Below, in pieces: positions 61,051-64,000 of a stretch of 64,000 bases of DNA. The stretch's first letter is position 1, and the number at the start of each line of letters is the position of its first letter. The translations under genes were made by a program, and so were the position numbers. This DNA comes from Candidatus Latescibacterota bacterium (GTDB lineage Bacteria; Latescibacterota; UBA2968; SICM01). Location of the stretch: positions 416,001 through 480,000 of the forward strand of contig CBDCJO010000002.1 in NCBI GenBank assembly GCA_965217865.1, given 5' to 3'. The notes below the pieces were generated by a model. It saw only the letters and a program-made list of their open reading frames with translations, was not told the origin of the DNA and ran no database searches.

Positions 61051-62223
61051 ATGGCCCCATCACGAAAGATAATCCATCTCGATCTGGACGCCTTTTTCTG
61101 TTCCGTGGAGGAACAACGAGATCCGGATCTGAAAACAAAACCCTTCGCAGTGGGCGGCACCCCCGAAGGCCGGGGCGTCGTGACATCCTGCTCCTATGCC
61201 GCCCGAAAGTTCGGTCTGCATTCGGCCATGCCGATGGCCAGGGCTGTCAGGAAGTGTCCCCACCTGACCATCGTTCCCGGCCGGCACAGGGCTTATCGAG
61301 AGGCCTCCGAGAAGGTGATGGAACGACTCTATTCCCTTACCCCGTTCGTGGAGCAGGTCTCTATCGACGAGGCCTTTCTGGACGTCACGGACCATCCGGA
61401 TCCGGCCGAACAGTTGGCTGTTTACCTCCAAACCACGATCCGGGATGAACTCGGGTTACCCTGTTCCCTCGGAGTTGGGTCCAATAAAATGGTCGCAAAG
61501 ATCGCCACCGATGCGGGAAAGTCGGCCGTCCAGTCCGATGGCCCCCCTTACGCTATCAAAGTGGTTCCACCCGGCCACGAGATCTCCTTTTTGGAGCCAT
61601 TGCCCGTCAAGGCAATCTGGGGGGTGGGTCGGAAGATGGAAGCCTCCCTCAAAAAACTCGGGATCCAAACCATCGGGGACCTTGCAAACTGGCCGGAGAA
61701 GGACCTTGCCCAAAGGTTCGGCTTGAACGGAAGCAGGTTGGCCCGGTATGCCCGGGGGATCGACGACAGTCCGATCGAGACGGTCAGGGAAGCAAAGTCG
61801 ATCAGCAAAGAGACGACCTTCGCCCAGGACATCCGAGATGGGGATTCCCTGCAGGGAGTTCTCCTGTCCCTGGCCGAAGGGGTCGGACACAGGCTACGAC
61901 GGGTTGAATTGTCCTGCTCAACGATCAATTTGAAGCTCCGCCGCCCGGATTTCACGACCCTCTCCAGACAGGTGACCCTCAAAGAGGCCACAGATCTCGA
62001 TCAGAAGATCTATTCAGAGGCAAAAAATCTCCTTGAAAGCGTATGGACTCCGGGACAACCGGTGCGACTTCTGGGGGTGGGTGTGAGCAGATTCAGCTCG
62101 GCAGGACAACAGCTCAATCTGTGGGACGAAAAAGGGAGTCGGATGCAGGAGGCGATCGATTCAGTTCGAAAAAAGTTCGGACATCACGCCGTAAGATGGG
62201 GGACACGTGAGGATCCAGGTTAG
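61051..62223 (+). CDS. dinB: DNA polymerase IV
   Basis: HLDLDAFFCSVE, SCSYAARKFG, SIDEAFLD, NKMVAKIA and VRLLGVG. Confidence 0.95.
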   Translation: MAPSRKIIHLDLDAFFCSVEEQRDPDLKTKPFAVGGTPEGRGVVTSCSYAARKFGLHSAMPMARAVRKCPHLTIVPGRHRAYREASEKVMERLYSLTPFVEQVSIDEAFLDVTDHPDPAEQLAVYLQTTIRDELGLPCSLGVGSNKMVAKIATDAGKSAVQSDGPPYAIKVVPPGHEISFLEPLPVKAIWGVGRKMEASLKKLGIQTIGDLANWPEKDLAQRFGLNGSRLARYARGIDDSPIETVREAKSISKETTFAQDIRDGDSLQGVLLSLAEGVGHRLRRVELSCSTINLKLRRPDFTTLSRQVTLKEATDLDQKIYSEAKNLLESVWTPGQPVRLLGVGVSRFSSAGQQLNLWDEKGSRMQEAIDSVRKKFGHHAVRWGTREDPG

Positions 62224-62247
62224 ACTCTGATTTCCGCAGATCAAGCT

Positions 62248-63285
62248 TTAAATTCCCGTCGTTGGATTCAATTGCAGGGTGCAGACACACTTGCGGCAGA
62301 TGGGATCCCGTTTTGTATCCAGATTTCGACGAAATGCTACGGCATCCGACGAATTGAGTATTTCATCCAGGGCTTGATCGTGCACGTTACCCAGGGGACG
62401 GTGAAAAAAACAGGGGCGTACCGTCCCATTGGCTTCGATGACGGTGGAAACCCACGGCGCATTGCAGGTATTTTCGGGAAAGTCCCCAACGCCATTCAGG
62501 GCAGCGTAATAATCCGGCAGACGGCGAATTTTTTCCGGACTTTCAGCGATGAACCCCGATGCGAAGTCATCGCTATAGCGGTCGAAGGTTTCTTCGATAA
62601 TTTGTTTGAACTCGGCCACATCGTTTGGGGTGAGAGTGACCTCGCTGACACGCTCATCATTCCAGGGTTCGGGACGATTGAATGCCGTTGAGAACGTGTC
62701 CGAAGCAAGAAACGAAATTTGATCCAACTCAAGATCGTGAGATGCTGCGATGATATTGGGGAGGTCCCGGTAGTTGCACCGTTGAACCACACATCTGGCC
62801 GTAACCCGAAAATGAGGATCGATGGTCCGGAGAGCGGTTACGCCTTCGGCCAGGCGATCATAAGCCCGGGACAGGTTTCGGACAGCGTCGTGAACCTCGC
62901 GACTACCGTCCAGAGATATGATGACATCGTCACACCAACGCACGATATTGGCAGCGTGGGATTTCAACAGCAAGCCGGTCGAGAGCAAAGTGATTTTTAA
63001 TCCGAGTTCCTTTAACAACTCGCATAAAGTCCACAGATTTGAATGCATCAGTGCTTCCCCGCCCGAAAGCACCGCCCACCGCACATTGAATTTTCTGAAA
63101 AAGGCCATATGTTTCGCCAGATCATCTCGTGAGAGTTCCTGTTTTTCCTGATTCGCCTTCCAGATATCGCACATGATACAGCGGCAGTTACACCGGCTGT
63201 GAGGCATCAAAACGACGACCGGAAGAGTGAGAATACGATGCATCCTCAGCGTCAACCAGCGTTTTAGAATTTCAATCGGTGCCAT
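62248..63285 (-). CDS. radical SAM / SPASM-domain protein
   Basis: CNCRCIMC, SGGEAL, ISLDG, CNAPW...G.VRPCFF and CRKCVC. Confidence 0.9.
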   Translation of the reverse strand: MAPIEILKRWLTLRMHRILTLPVVVLMPHSRCNCRCIMCDIWKANQEKQELSRDDLAKHMAFFRKFNVRWAVLSGGEALMHSNLWTLCELLKELGLKITLLSTGLLLKSHAANIVRWCDDVIISLDGSREVHDAVRNLSRAYDRLAEGVTALRTIDPHFRVTARCVVQRCNYRDLPNIIAASHDLELDQISFLASDTFSTAFNRPEPWNDERVSEVTLTPNDVAEFKQIIEETFDRYSDDFASGFIAESPEKIRRLPDYYAALNGVGDFPENTCNAPWVSTVIEANGTVRPCFFHRPLGNVHDQALDEILNSSDAVAFRRNLDTKRDPICRKCVCTLQLNPTTGI

Positions 63286-63356
63286 TTGGGAACCCTGGGG
63301 ATTGTTACGGAAGTTAAGCTATATTCTCATTATCTGAATCATTGCCTTTGGGAGAC

Positions 63357-63545
63357 GCTCACGTTTCACGGTTTTTCTTTTCCCTGACCTCTGACTTCCG
63401 ACCTCCGACACCTGACTTTGCCTTTCCTGCTACTGCCACCTGCCACTGCTACTGCTTATCCCGTCTCACATCTCACGGTTCGCGGTATTGCTTTCCCTGA
63501 CCTTCGACCTCTGGCCCCTGCCTTTTCCATTTTCCATTTCCATGT
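63357..63545 (+). repeat. modular hexamer/heptamer patch overlapping the 3' end of the isomerase gene
   Basis: gctcacgtttcacg...cctgacctctgacttccgacctccgacacctgac...ctgctactgccacctgccactgctactg...ttttccattttccatt. Confidence 0.75.
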
Positions 63546-64000
63546 TCCCTATCCCGTCCTTAGACCAGCGTTCGCACAAACCAACGCTCTCCTCTGTCAC
63601 CTCTTCTCGGGATGCTTCCGTACGGGAAATCAGGACCTCTATAGTCCAGGCTCCGCTAAATCCGATGTTCGAGAGAACAACCCCGAGTGCGGACCAGTCA
63701 ATCACACCCCTGCCCGGTAACCAGTGACAATCGTTCTGACCATCCACATCCTGAATATGCAAAGCGAATAACCTTTCGGATGCAACGCCCGCCTGTTCTG
63801 CCGGGTCCAGTCCTGAAATGCAGGCGTGTCCCGTATCCAGACAGAGCCCCACCTGCTCTTGCGGAAATCCTGCGATAAAGGCCCGGAGCTCTTCCATGGT
63901 GGCCAGCGGACGACAGTTCGATCCTTTCCCGGGCAAATTTTCAAGGGCAATTCCCACCCCCGTCTCCTCCGCCACCCGGATCAGATCGGTAAGCGATCGA
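63466..64000 (-). CDS. sugar phosphate isomerase/epimerase (AP endonuclease 2 TIM barrel), 5' partial
   Basis: IALENL, CLDTGHA, HIQD...H..PG.G.IDW and TIEV. Confidence 0.85.
   Translation of the reverse strand, partial: RSLTDLIRVAEETGVGIALENLPGKGSNCRPLATMEELRAFIAGFPQEQVGLCLDTGHACISGLDPAEQAGVASERLFALHIQDVDGQNDCHWLPGRGVIDWSALGVVLSNIGFSGAWTIEVLISRTEASREEVTEESVGLCERWSKDGIGNMEMENGKGRGQRSKVRESNTANREM

Noticed and set aside
1-64000. CRISPR array, tRNA or rRNA
   Set aside because: No regularly spaced repeat-spacer series and no cloverleaf or rRNA signatures were seen by eye; only a Cas8e fragment is present.

Overview
GC-rich bacterial DNA. The gene content (many GHL10-like TIM barrels, GH32 enzymes, and a secreted protein with a C-terminal paired Ca-binding/dockerin-like motif) resembles Latescibacterota-like lineages; this is an inference. 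The window has three parts. (1) 1-15.2 kb: a carbohydrate-catabolic cluster with three GHL10/DUF187-like paralogs, beta-propeller hydrolases, two GH32 enzymes, a truncated sulfatase and a frameshifted hybrid histidine kinase. (2) About 15.2-46.6 kb: a heavily decayed mobile/defence mosaic. It holds IS3 (x3), IS256 (x3), IS200/605 (x3), IS1380, remnants of IS110, IS630, IS1595 and a group II intron, and two IS1595-type non-autonomous cassettes carrying different cargo. It also holds broken type I RM genes, HicAB, a Cas8e fragment fused to other fragments, a DGQHR-like tail, a HATPase_c_4 gene coupled to an Abi/DRT4-like reverse transcriptase, MNT-HEPN, DUF1156, three opacity/Msp2-like beta-barrels and a duplicated HGGxSTG gene. 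(3) 46.6-64 kb: host genes, including a 2OG-Fe oxygenase, a SET-domain protein, a nitrilase, a GSA-aminomutase-like enzyme, a DAACS transporter, a MerR-REC / REC-REC-GT2-TPR operon, a fourth GHL10 paralog, dinB and a radical SAM/SPASM enzyme. Host-type spacers carry strand-polarised modular 6-7-mer repeat patches and several REP families, one of which nests inside the others. I found no CRISPR array, tRNA or rRNA. All family assignments come from motif recognition by eye, not from database searches.
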